Below, piece after piece: positions 27,429 through 36,927 of a stretch of 64,000 bases of DNA (position 1 is the stretch's first letter; every line of letters begins with the position of its first letter). The position numbers were made by a program, and so were the translations under genes. The notes beneath the pieces were generated by a model, which searched no databases, was not told the DNA's origin, and saw only the letters and a list, made by a program, of their open reading frames with translations. This DNA is from Alphaproteobacteria bacterium (GTDB lineage: Bacteria > Pseudomonadota > Alphaproteobacteria > GCA-2731375). The stretch lies in the NCBI GenBank assembly GCA_965232515.1, contig CBDDPY010000002.1:2464001-2528000 (forward strand), written 5' to 3'.

Positions 27429-28298
27429 TTAGTTGCTCCTTGCCCGCTCGAGCGCGATCCCGGCCGCGCGCCGGGCCAGCACCCCGGCCACCTTGATGCG
27501 GTACTCGACGGTGCCGCGCTTGTCGTCGATCGGCTGACAGGCCGCCCGCGCCGCCGCGTCGAGCCGCGCCAGCGCGTTGTCGTCGACCGTGCTGCCGATC
27601 AACGCCTCGGCCGCCGCCGGCACCAGCCGCGCCGTCGGCGCCACGGCGCCCAAGGCGACGCGGGCGTCGCTGACCGTGCCGCTGTCATCGAGCGTCAGCC
27701 GCACGCCGGCGCCGACCACGGCGATGTCCATCTCGGTGCGCGGAATGAATCTCAGATACGCATCGCCCGTACGGGCCGGCCGTGCGGGCAGCCAGAAATC
27801 GACGATCATCTCGCCCTTGGCGAGCGACGTCTCGCGCGGGCCGGCGGGAATGTCCTCGACCGGCACCTCGCGCCGACCGTTCGGGCCGGCGACGGTGCAG
27901 ATCGCGCCGGCGGCGATCAGCGCCGGCACGCTGTCGGCGGCCGGCGAGGCGTTGCACAGATTGCCGCCCATCGAAGCCCGGCCCTGGATCTGGGTCGAGC
28001 CGATCAGCTCCGTCGCCTCGACCACGCCGGGCCACATGGCCTTGAGATCGGCATGCTCGCCGAGCTCGGCCCCGCTGACCGCGGCGCCGACCCGGAAACC
28101 GCCGTTATCGGGCCGGATGCTTGTCATCTCGTCGATATGCTTGATGTCGACCACCAGTCCGGGCTTGATCATCCCGGCGCGCAGTTGCACCAGCAGATCG
28201 GTGCCGCCCGCCAGCACGCGGGCGTCGCCATCGGCGTCGGCCAGCAGCTGCACCGCCGCGTCCACGGATTCTGGCGCTTCAAAGTGTATTGTGCTCAC
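27429..28298 (-). CDS. FAD-binding medium subunit (CoxM-like)
   Basis: LAGGTDLL, ASMGGNLCNASPAAD, PIDDKRG. Confidence 0.95.
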   Translation of the reverse strand: MSTIHFEAPESVDAAVQLLADADGDARVLAGGTDLLVQLRAGMIKPGLVVDIKHIDEMTSIRPDNGGFRVGAAVSGAELGEHADLKAMWPGVVEATELIGSTQIQGRASMGGNLCNASPAADSVPALIAAGAICTVAGPNGRREVPVEDIPAGPRETSLAKGEMIVDFWLPARPARTGDAYLRFIPRTEMDIAVVGAGVRLTLDDSGTVSDARVALGAVAPTARLVPAAAEALIGSTVDDNALARLDAAARAACQPIDDKRGTVEYRIKVAGVLARRAAGIALERARSN

Positions 28299-28693
28299 GC
28301 TTCAATCCTTGCGTTCTGTGCCACCGCGCTGCAACGCTACAAACGGCGCGACGACGACCTCCGACCGGCGTTCAGACTGATTGACCGCGCGGCCACGACC
28401 TTCCCCGGGGCCATATCTTGGCGGCCGAATGGCCTTTCCGCAACTGCGCCCGCCGGCGGCCAGCGCCTCGGACAGCATTCACGCGCCAGATTTGGCATGC
28501 TCGGAGTTTGGGCAACGAAAGCCGCCGGTGGAAACCCGCCGGCGGCCAACCATCTCCATTATACAGGCTTGGTGCCTATCTTGGATAGTCACTCGAAAGA
28601 CGTTACTTAACGAACGCCGTCTGCCCTAACATGGCGGCCGGATTTTCAGCGGACGCGGGGTCCATCCTCGTCCGGCACGGAGGGAGAGGTTAC

Positions 28694-31024
28694 ATGGTCA
28701 AGTTTGGTATCGGTCAGTCCGTCACGCGACTCGAGGACACGCGGCTGCTGACCGGCGGGGGCAACTACACCGACGACATCGACCTGCCGAACGCGGCGCG
28801 GGCCTATATCCTGCGCGCGCCGGTGGCGCATGCGGCCATCGCGCAGCTCGACGCCGCGGAAGCGAAATCGGCTCCCGGTGTCCTCGCCGTACTGACCGGC
28901 GAGGACGTGGCGGCGGACGACCTCGGCCCGATCCCCTGCCTGGCGCCGGCCGAAAACCGCGACGGCAGCGCGCCCGGCCAGACGCCACGGCCGATCCTGG
29001 CCCAGGGCCGCGTTCGCCATGTCGGCGAGCCGGTGGCCCTGGTCGTCGCCGAAACGCTGGCCCAGGCCCGCGACGCCGCCGAGCTGATCGAGGTCGACTA
29101 CGACGAGCTGCCGGCCGTCAGCGACACCTTCGGCGCCACCGAAGATGGTTCGCCGCAGATCTACGACCACTTCGCAAACAACATCTGCTTCGACTGGGAG
29201 AGCGGCGACAAAGCCGCCACGGACGCTGCCTTCGCGAACGCCGCCCACGTGACCAAGCTCGACCTGGTCAACAACCGCCTGATCGTGAACTCCATGGAGC
29301 CGCGGCCGGTCGCCGCCGATTACGACGCCGCCAGCGACCGCTCGACGCTCTACAGCTCGACCCAGGGCGTGCACGTGATCCACGGTCAGATCGCCGAGAT
29401 GGTGCTGAAGATCGGCAAGGAAAAGCTGCGCTGCATCACCAACGATGTCGGCGGCGGCTTCGGCATGAAGATCTTCCTCTATCCCGAGCAATGCCTGGTG
29501 ACCTGGGCCTCGCGCAAGCTGAAACGGGCGGTGAAGTACCTGCCCGACCGCAGTGACGCCTTCATGGCCGACACCCAGGCGCGCGACAATGTCAGCCATG
29601 CCGAGCTGGCGATGGACGCCGACGGCCGGTTCCTGGGCATGCGCGTCACCACCTACGCCAGCATGGGCGCCTATCTCTCGAACTTCGGCCCGTTCATCCC
29701 GACCGGCGCCGGCACCTCCATGCTGGCCGGCCTTTACCGCAATCCGGCGATCTACGTGAACGTCAAGGGCGTCATCACCAACACGGTGCCGACCGATGCG
29801 TATCGGGGCGCCGGCCGGCCGGAAGCGGCCTATCTGGTCGAGCGGCTGGTCGACGCCGCGGCGCGCGAGCGCGGGCTGAGCCCCGACGAGATCCGCCGCC
29901 GCAATTTCATCCGGCCGGAAGACCTCCCCTACACCACGGCCTTCGAGGACGTCTATGACAGCGGCGACTTCACCGCCGTCATGGAAGAGTGCATGTCGAA
30001 GGCCGACTGGGCCGGCTTCGAGGCCCGGCGCGACGAGGCGGCGAAGCGCGGCAAGCTGCGCGGCATCGGCCTCGCCACCTACGTTGAGAAGTGCAGTGGC
30101 GGACCGGAAGAGACCGCCGTCGCCCAGTTCAATGACGACGACACCGTCACCATCTTCATGGGTAACCAGTCGAACGGCCAGGGTCATGAGACCGCCTATA
30201 AGCAGGTCCTGTCGCACCGGCTCGGGATCGATGTGGAGCAAATCGAGCTGGTTCAGGGCGATAGCGACCGGGTGCCGAACGGCATGACCGGCGGCTCGCG
30301 CGCGTTGCCCGTGGGCGGCGCCGCCATTCTCGGCGTCTCCGACAAGATCGAGGAGAAAGGCAAGCAGGTCGCCGCCATCGTCATGGAGACGGCCGCCGTC
30401 GACATCGAATTCGCCGACGGTGCGTTCAAGATCGCCGGCACCGACCGGACCATGACGATCTGGGAGGTGGCCAAGGCCGCCAAGGACCCGGCGAACCGGC
30501 CCGACGGCATGGAGGCGGGCCTCGACGACAGCTTCACCCGCGTGCCCGAGGCCTCGACCTTCCCGAACGGCTGCCATATCTGCGAGCTCGAGGTCGATCC
30601 CGACACCGGCATCACCCAGATCGAGCGCTATACCGTCGTGGACGACTTCGGCGACGCCGTGAACCCGCTGCTGCTGACCGGCCAGGTGCATGGCGGCATC
30701 GCCCAGGGCGTCGGCCAGGCCATGCTGGAGCACACGGTCTACGATTCCGACTCGGGCCAGCTGCTGACCGGCTCCTACATGGATTACACGATGCCGCGGG
30801 CCGACAACCTGCCCAACATCGACTTCTCCATGCACAACGTGCCCTGCACGACCAATCCGCTCGGCATCAAGGGCGCGGGCGAGGCCGGCGCCATCGGTGC
30901 GCCGCCGGCCGTGATCAACGCGCTGATCAACGCGGTCCATCCGGTCACCGGCGTCACCCATATCGACATGCCGGCGACGCCGCAAACGGTCTGGTCGCTG
31001 CTGCAGCAAGCCAAGGCGGCCTGA
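28694..31024 (+). CDS. Molybdenum hydroxylase large subunit (form II CoxL-like)
   Basis: MVKFGIGQSV.R.ED, VGGGFGMK, AYRGAGRPEA, NPLGIKGAGEAG. SD GGGAGAGG before ATG 28694. Confidence 0.92.
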   Translation: MVKFGIGQSVTRLEDTRLLTGGGNYTDDIDLPNAARAYILRAPVAHAAIAQLDAAEAKSAPGVLAVLTGEDVAADDLGPIPCLAPAENRDGSAPGQTPRPILAQGRVRHVGEPVALVVAETLAQARDAAELIEVDYDELPAVSDTFGATEDGSPQIYDHFANNICFDWESGDKAATDAAFANAAHVTKLDLVNNRLIVNSMEPRPVAADYDAASDRSTLYSSTQGVHVIHGQIAEMVLKIGKEKLRCITNDVGGGFGMKIFLYPEQCLVTWASRKLKRAVKYLPDRSDAFMADTQARDNVSHAELAMDADGRFLGMRVTTYASMGAYLSNFGPFIPTGAGTSMLAGLYRNPAIYVNVKGVITNTVPTDAYRGAGRPEAAYLVERLVDAAARERGLSPDEIRRRNFIRPEDLPYTTAFEDVYDSGDFTAVMEECMSKADWAGFEARRDEAAKRGKLRGIGLATYVEKCSGGPEETAVAQFNDDDTVTIFMGNQSNGQGHETAYKQVLSHRLGIDVEQIELVQGDSDRVPNGMTGGSRALPVGGAAILGVSDKIEEKGKQVAAIVMETAAVDIEFADGAFKIAGTDRTMTIWEVAKAAKDPANRPDGMEAGLDDSFTRVPEASTFPNGCHICELEVDPDTGITQIERYTVVDDFGDAVNPLLLTGQVHGGIAQGVGQAMLEHTVYDSDSGQLLTGSYMDYTMPRADNLPNIDFSMHNVPCTTNPLGIKGAGEAGAIGAPPAVINALINAVHPVTGVTHIDMPATPQTVWSLLQQAKAA

Positions 31025-31099
31025 TCCGCACGGGCGGGTCTGATCGATAATCGGGGGGACAGCCGGGCCGCGCCGCCGACGCCGGCCGGTACCATCGCC

Positions 31100-32275
31100 G
31101 TGGTCCTGGCCGCGACCACGGCGGTGCAGGCACTCGCCTCCATGGGCACGCTGTCGCTGGCGGCGGTCGCGCCGGAGGTCGGCGCCGCTTTCGCCCTCGA
31201 CCCGTCGCTGATCGGCTATCAGATCAGCCTGGTCTACGCCGGCGCCATGCTGTCGACGGTCTATATCGGGCCCTGGCTCGGCCGCTGGGGCTCGATCCGC
31301 ACCAGCCAGGTCGCGCTCTCGCTCTGCGCGCTCGGCTGCGCCATAGCGGCCGTGCCCTGGCTGCCGGGACTGGCACTGGGCTCGTTCGTCATCGGCCTCT
31401 GCTACGGCATGACCAACCCGGCAGCCGCACAACTGCTCGCCCGCATCGCCGCCCCCCGGCAGCGCAACCTGATCTTCTCCATCAAGCAGACCGGCGTGCC
31501 CATCGGCGGCGTCGCCAGCGGCCTCCTGGCGCCGCCTTTGGCGCTGGCCTATGGCTGGCAGGCGGTCCTCGGCCTGCTGATCGCCCTGTCGCTCGGCCTC
31601 GTTTTGCTGCTGCAGCCCATGCGCCGGCGCTGGGACACCGACCGCCAGCCGGGCGCGCGGCTCACCGGCGGCATCGCCGGCGGTCTCGACCTGGTCTGGC
31701 GCCTGCCGGCCGTGCGCTGGCTGTCGTCGGCCAGCTTCTGCTTCGCCGGCATTCAGCTCTGCCTGATGACCTACACGGTGACGCTGCTGGTGCGCGACGT
31801 CGGCATGCCGCTGATCCAGGCCGGTTACGTGCTCGCCGTGGTCCAGGTCATGGGCGTCGTCGGCCGAATTCTCTGGGGCTGGTGCGCCGACCGCATCGGC
31901 GACGGCAACCGCGTGCTGATGGGCCTGGGCCTCGCCATGGCGCTCGGCGCCGTCGGCGTCAGCCTGATCGAGGCCGGCTGGCCTCAGCCGGCGATCTATG
32001 CGGCCTTCGCCAGCCTCGCCATCACCGCCATCGGCTGGAACGGCGTCATCCAGGCCGAGGTCACCCGCCGCACGCCCGCCGCCGAGATCGGCCGCGCCAT
32101 GGGCGGCTCGCTGTTCTTCGCCTTCTCCGGCATCCTCTGCGGCCCGGCCGCCTTCGCTCTGATCTACGGCGCGGTCGGCGTCTACACCACCGTCTTCGCG
32201 TTCCTGACCGTGCTCGCGTTCGCGGGCGTCGGCTTCGTCCTGCTTGCCCGCCGGGCCGGAGCCGTGGAAGGCTAA
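31100..32275 (+). CDS. MFS transporter
   Basis: Multiple TM segments, IKQTGVPIGG, GRILWGWCADR. Start approximate. Confidence 0.88.
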   Translation: MVLAATTAVQALASMGTLSLAAVAPEVGAAFALDPSLIGYQISLVYAGAMLSTVYIGPWLGRWGSIRTSQVALSLCALGCAIAAVPWLPGLALGSFVIGLCYGMTNPAAAQLLARIAAPRQRNLIFSIKQTGVPIGGVASGLLAPPLALAYGWQAVLGLLIALSLGLVLLLQPMRRRWDTDRQPGARLTGGIAGGLDLVWRLPAVRWLSSASFCFAGIQLCLMTYTVTLLVRDVGMPLIQAGYVLAVVQVMGVVGRILWGWCADRIGDGNRVLMGLGLAMALGAVGVSLIEAGWPQPAIYAAFASLAITAIGWNGVIQAEVTRRTPAAEIGRAMGGSLFFAFSGILCGPAAFALIYGAVGVYTTVFAFLTVLAFAGVGFVLLARRAGAVEG

Positions 32276-32295
32276 GCCTGACAAATCCGGAGGCA

Positions 32296-33156
32296 ATGCC
32301 TGTGTCGCGCCATATCGTCTGCCTGACCTTCGATTTCGATGCCCTGTCGCTGTTCATCGCCCGTGGCCAGACCACGCCGACGCCGATCTCGCGCGGTGAG
32401 TTCGGGGCCGTCGGCGCCGAACGGCTGCTGAAGCTGTTGGGGCAGCGCGAGATCCCCGCCACCTGGTTCATCCCCGGCCTCACCATCGGCACCTATCCGG
32501 ATGTCTGCCGCGCCATCGCCGGGGCCGGCCACGAGATCGGCCATCACGGCTGGACCCACGTGCCGCCGGCCATGCTCAGCCGCGAGGAAGAAGAAGACGG
32601 CCTGAAGCGCGGCAACGACGCCATCGCCCAGCTCTGCGGCAAGCCGGCGCGCGGTTATCGCTCGCCCAGCTGGGATCTAAGCGAACACACGGTCGACCTC
32701 CTGCTGGAACACGGCTTCGTCTACGACAGCAGCATGATGGGCCACGACTACCTGCCCTACCGGGCCCGCCAGGGCGACCGTATCGAGACCGACGAACCCT
32801 CGACGTTCGGCGACCCGACCGACCTGATCGAGATGCCGATCAGCTGGAGCCAGGACGACTATCCGCATTTCGAGTTCTCGGCCGGCAAGCGCGGCGTCTT
32901 TCCCGGTCTCGCCGCCGGCTCCGCCGTACTCGAGAACTGGGTCGCCGATTTCGACTACATGGCCCGCGAGCTCGACTGGGGCGTCATCACCTATACCTGC
33001 CATCCCTTCGTCATCGGCCGCGGCCACCGCATGCTGATGCTCGAGAACCTGATCGAATCCTTGAGCGCGCACGGCGCCGTCTTCATGACCATGGAGGACG
33101 CCGCCGCCGAATACGCCGAACGGGCGGGCCTGGCAAATGCGAGGAAACGGGCATGA
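32296..33156 (+). CDS. Polysaccharide deacetylase (CE4, PgdA/PuuE-like)
   Basis: LTFDFDA, ATWFIPG, HEIGHHGWTH, GYRSPSW, YDSSMMG, HPFVIGR. SD GGAGG before ATG 32296. Confidence 0.9.
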   Translation: MPVSRHIVCLTFDFDALSLFIARGQTTPTPISRGEFGAVGAERLLKLLGQREIPATWFIPGLTIGTYPDVCRAIAGAGHEIGHHGWTHVPPAMLSREEEEDGLKRGNDAIAQLCGKPARGYRSPSWDLSEHTVDLLLEHGFVYDSSMMGHDYLPYRARQGDRIETDEPSTFGDPTDLIEMPISWSQDDYPHFEFSAGKRGVFPGLAAGSAVLENWVADFDYMARELDWGVITYTCHPFVIGRGHRMLMLENLIESLSAHGAVFMTMEDAAAEYAERAGLANARKRA

Positions 33157-33947
33157 AACTAGGCAAAGACCAGGTCGCGGAGTTCCACGACAAGGGCTAT
33201 GTGCTGGTCCCGGATGTGCTGTCGGCGGCCGAGCGCGGCGTGCTCGAAGACGCCATGGCGAACGTGCTCGCCCGCCCCGGCCCGGAGGTGGCGCGCGAGG
33301 CCGACGGCGCGCCGCACGTCTGCTGGGGCATGCACCTGTTCGACGAGCGCTTCGGCGCGCTGACCCGCCACCCGAAGCTCCTGGGCCCGGCCGAACAGCT
33401 CCTCGGCAACCAGGTCTTCGTGCACCAGAGCCGCGTCAACGTGAAACAGCAGAACGGCTCCATCGTCGACTGGCACCAGGATTTCGGCACCTATCACCGC
33501 GTCGACGGCATCCCCGAGCCGCGCGGCCTGATGATCGCCGTGTTCATGGACGACGTCACCGCCTGCAACGCACCGCTGATCCTGATCCCGCGCTCACAGC
33601 ACCACGGCGTCGTGCGCGAGGCCGACATCGACACCGGCAAGAACGACTACGAAGGCGCCGCCAAATTCCTCTACGCCATCACGCCCGAGACGATCGCCGC
33701 GCTCATCGACGAAAACGGCGTCGAAGCCATCACCGGCCGCGCCGGCGCCGTGCTGTTTATGCACATCAACGTCGTGCACGCCTCCAGCGTCAACATCACG
33801 CCGCTCCGCCGCGTCCTGCTCTACCTGAACGTCAGCACAACAGACAACCGCGGCGAGACGTTCGAACGCCCGCCCCACCTCGCCGCCCGCGACTTCAGCC
33901 CCCTCGAGCCGCTCGGCGAGGACTGCCTGCTAAATTACGCCCGATAG
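33153..33947 (+). CDS. PhyH-family Fe/2OG dioxygenase (EctD/proline-hydroxylase-like)
   Basis: HQSRVNVK, WHQDF, VHASSVN..P..R. Overlaps the upstream stop (ATGA). Confidence 0.88.
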   Translation: MKLGKDQVAEFHDKGYVLVPDVLSAAERGVLEDAMANVLARPGPEVAREADGAPHVCWGMHLFDERFGALTRHPKLLGPAEQLLGNQVFVHQSRVNVKQQNGSIVDWHQDFGTYHRVDGIPEPRGLMIAVFMDDVTACNAPLILIPRSQHHGVVREADIDTGKNDYEGAAKFLYAITPETIAALIDENGVEAITGRAGAVLFMHINVVHASSVNITPLRRVLLYLNVSTTDNRGETFERPPHLAARDFSPLEPLGEDCLLNYAR

Positions 33948-33965
33948 AAATTCCGAGGCGAGTAG

Positions 33966-34070
33966 TTCCGGTGACAGTAACCATAACTCCGGATGCCGAA
34001 TCCACGGCAGATAATTCCGGTGACAGTAACCTTAATTCGCGTACGAATTAAGGTTACTGTCACCGGAATT
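33966..34070. repeat. Perfect 27-bp-arm palindrome plus a third direct copy
   Basis: AATTCCGGTGACAGTAACCTTAATTCG-CGTA-CGAATTAAGGTTACTGTCACCGGAATT (34013-34070). TTCCGGTGACAGTAACC recurs at 33966-33982. Confidence 0.9.
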
Positions 34071-34082
34071 CGCGAAATCTCG

Positions 34083-34871
34083 TCAGCCGACGTTGAAGCC
34101 GCGCAGTGTTGACGCGCGTTCGCTGGCGGCGGCCATCATCAGCGTGATGTCGTTGCCGGCGAGGATGAAGCGCATGCCCATGGCGATGTAGCGCTCCATC
34201 AGCGGCGGGTCGTAGACGCCGCCCAGGCCCGGCCAGACGTTATTGGCGCGGCAGGCGGCGATGATGCGCTCGTAGGCTTCGGCGACGCGCGGATTGCCGA
34301 CGTCGCCCGGGATGCCCATTTCGACGCAGAGATCGTTGGTGCCGACCAACAGCACGTCGAGGCCCGGCGTCGCCGCGATCGCCTCCACGTTCTCGACCGC
34401 CGTCGGCGTCTCCAGCATCATCACCACCAGCGTCGCGGCGTTGATGATCTCCGTCGTCTCGCCCATGGGCAGCTTGGCGAAGCCGGTCTGCGACAGCGCG
34501 CCCGTCACCGAACGGTGGCCGACCGGCGGATACTTGCAGGCCGAGACGATCCCGGCCGCCTGCTCAGCCGTGTCCACATGCGGCACGACGACGCCCATGG
34601 CGCCGCCGTCCAGCACCCGCGTCGCCAGATGCCTGTCGAAGCCCGGCACGCGGACGATGGGCGCGATGCCGGCGAGATGCGCGGTCACGCTGATCTGCGC
34701 CGCCATGTCCAGGTTCATCGAATTGTGCTCGAGGTCTATGAACAGGTAGTCGTAGCCGCAGGTCTTCATGATCGGCCCGATATCGACCGTCCGCGCCTGC
34801 CGGAGCCCGACGCCCAGCGCCAGCTCCCCCGCCTCCAACCGCTCCCGCGCCGGGTTCCGTACTGTCGTCAT
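34083..34871 (-). CDS. HpcH/HpaI aldolase-family protein
   Basis: FIDLEH, PIVRVP, KYPPVGHR, MMLET, VGTNDL. Confidence 0.9.
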   Translation of the reverse strand: MTTVRNPARERLEAGELALGVGLRQARTVDIGPIMKTCGYDYLFIDLEHNSMNLDMAAQISVTAHLAGIAPIVRVPGFDRHLATRVLDGGAMGVVVPHVDTAEQAAGIVSACKYPPVGHRSVTGALSQTGFAKLPMGETTEIINAATLVVMMLETPTAVENVEAIAATPGLDVLLVGTNDLCVEMGIPGDVGNPRVAEAYERIIAACRANNVWPGLGGVYDPPLMERYIAMGMRFILAGNDITLMMAAASERASTLRGFNVG

Positions 34872-34900
34872 ACCGCTATCTCTCCCCGTCACTCTGATCG

Positions 34901-35005
34901 CATGCTTCGAGACGCCCGCTGACGCGGGCTCCTCAGCATGAGGCCGTTCTTGCTTCCAACACCACCCTCACCCTGAGGAGCGGGCACAGCCCGCGTCTCG
35001 AAGGG
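34901..35005. repeat. Alphaproteobacterial palindromic repeat
   Basis: CTTCGAGACG..CTCCTCAGCATGAGG / CCTCACCCTGAGGAG..CGTCTCGAAG inverted pair. Confidence 0.8.
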
Positions 35006-35782
35006 TCATGCCCCTGCCCCCTTGAGACCCTGAATGCCGGCCCGCAGGCCCTCCTGCACCAGCCAGATGTCGCCGGAATAAGACACCATGCGGAAGCCGC
35101 GTTCCATCCAGGCCCGGCCCGAGGCCACGTCCATCACCATGCAACCCGCCGGTTTGCCGTTCCGCTCGCAGGCCGCCAGCAGCTTGTCGATGGCCGCCTG
35201 GAATTCCGGCCGCTCGAACTCGCCCGGCATGCCCATGGAGAGCGACAGGTCGAAGTGGCCGAGATGGCCCGCGTCGATGCCCGGCACGGCCAGGATCTCC
35301 TCCACATTCTCGATGCCCTTGGCGGTCTCGATCAGCGGCATGACGAACGTGCGCTCGTTGGCGATGCGCATCTTCTCCGGCACGTCGCCGGCGGCGTAAT
35401 CGTCATGCGCGCCGCCGAAGATGGCGCCGCGCACGCCGTCGGGCGGATAGCGCGTCCAGGAAACGATCTCGGCCGCCTCCGCCGCGCTCTCGACCATCGG
35501 CAGCATGAAGCCCATGGCGCCGAGATCAAGCAGCAGCGACAGCAGGTTGTACTGCTTGCCCGGCGGCCGCACCAACGGCACGATGTCAAGCCCCCGGCAA
35601 TAGGCGAACTGCGCCTTCATCTCCTCCATCGACAGGCCCGAATGCTCCATGTCGTAGAGCACGTATTCGGCGCCGGCGTCGGCCAGGATCGCCGGCAGGC
35701 CCGGCCCCGTCAGCTCGAACACCATGGTGCCGAAGGCCTTGCCGCCGGCCGCCAGCCGTTCCTTCACCGGATTGCTGCGCAT
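35006..35782 (-). CDS. HpcH/HpaI aldolase-family protein
   Basis: YDMEHS, PLVRP, RYPPDGVRG, PLIET, GHFDLS. Confidence 0.9.
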   Translation of the reverse strand: MRSNPVKERLAAGGKAFGTMVFELTGPGLPAILADAGAEYVLYDMEHSGLSMEEMKAQFAYCRGLDIVPLVRPPGKQYNLLSLLLDLGAMGFMLPMVESAAEAAEIVSWTRYPPDGVRGAIFGGAHDDYAAGDVPEKMRIANERTFVMPLIETAKGIENVEEILAVPGIDAGHLGHFDLSLSMGMPGEFERPEFQAAIDKLLAACERNGKPAGCMVMDVASGRAWMERGFRMVSYSGDIWLVQEGLRAGIQGLKGAGA

Positions 35783-35797
35783 CGCCTCACCCCCCTC

Positions 35798-36820
35798 CTA
35801 CTGTGCCGCCGTGCGGGCGGCATCGAGCGCCGCCAGCATGTCGTTCGCGCGCTGGACCTTCTCGGGACGCGGATCGCGTTGCACGATCCGCATCAGCGCC
35901 GCCCGCGCCGTCTCGTCGCCGGCCTCCGCCATCGCGAACGCCATGTCGTCGCGCCGCTCGTAATACTGCCGGTCGAATGGCACCACGGTCGGATTCTGCT
36001 TCTCCCAGTAATACTGCAGCTCGGTCGACCGCCAGCCGGCATAGACCTCGTCCCAGGTGAACATGTCGGCATAGGGCCGCATCGACACCTCGCAGACCGG
36101 CTCGCTCGCCCGCTGAAAGCGCGGATCGACTGACTGCCGCAGCCGGTCCGTCGTGTTCGGCGAGCCCTTGTGCACCACCAGCGAATGGAAGATCACCGCG
36201 TCGCCGGCCGCGAAATCGCCGCTGACCCACTGACCCTCCAGCGGATCGGTCACCTCCAGCCCGCCGGCGCCGCTCGACACCGCGAAGTCACGCACGCCTG
36301 ATTTGTGCGAGCCGGCCGCGATCTGCAGGCCGCCCATCTCGGCCGGGCAGTCGTGCAGTGGGATCCAGGCGGTGTAGCAGCGCTCGGTGCCCTGGATATG
36401 CACATAGTCCTGATGCGCCGGGGTCGTGAAGTCCGGCCGCTGCGGAAAGATGTTGCGGATCACCATCAGCGGGTGCACCAGCACTTCCTCGCCGAACATG
36501 CGCTCGAACAGCGCCACGATGTTGGGGTGGTGCTTGATCGCCTGCACGTCCTCGCGCACGTAGAACGGCCGCAGCACCTCGAGGAACGGTTCCTGCGGGT
36601 CGACACAGGCCGCTTCGGAATTCGCCACCGCGTCCATCAGGTCGTGGTCGCGGTTCAGCCAGCCCGCCCCGTCGGCGAGCTCGAGGAACGCGCGGCGCAG
36701 CGGCCGCAGCTCGTCCTTCGGCAGCAGGCCTTTGACGAACAGATACCCGTCGCGGTCCATGCGTTCGGCGAGCGCCGGCCCGTCCATCATGAGATCGGTG
36801 GAGTCGATAAACGGCGTCAT
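35798..36820 (-). CDS. PhyH-family dioxygenase
   Basis: TPAHQD, TAWIPL.D, GDAVIFHSLVVH, RQSVD.R. Confidence 0.88.
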   Translation of the reverse strand: MTPFIDSTDLMMDGPALAERMDRDGYLFVKGLLPKDELRPLRRAFLELADGAGWLNRDHDLMDAVANSEAACVDPQEPFLEVLRPFYVREDVQAIKHHPNIVALFERMFGEEVLVHPLMVIRNIFPQRPDFTTPAHQDYVHIQGTERCYTAWIPLHDCPAEMGGLQIAAGSHKSGVRDFAVSSGAGGLEVTDPLEGQWVSGDFAAGDAVIFHSLVVHKGSPNTTDRLRQSVDPRFQRASEPVCEVSMRPYADMFTWDEVYAGWRSTELQYYWEKQNPTVVPFDRQYYERRDDMAFAMAEAGDETARAALMRIVQRDPRPEKVQRANDMLAALDAARTAAQ

Positions 36821-36927
36821 GGCGTGTCCTCGTTTCTTGGCCGTCTCAGCGGCATTGTTGTCGGGGCCGTTTCCACGATAATAGCACGCCGTCGAAACGG
36901 CCCGGCAATCGCTAACGAGGTTCCTGC

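Noticed and set aside
28694-31024. True aerobic CO dehydrogenase (form I coxL)
   Set aside because: The active-site loop is AYRGAGR rather than AYxCSFR, and no cox accessory genes are in the window.
33153-33947. Ectoine hydroxylase ectD
   Set aside because: The signature motif deviates and ectABC are absent.
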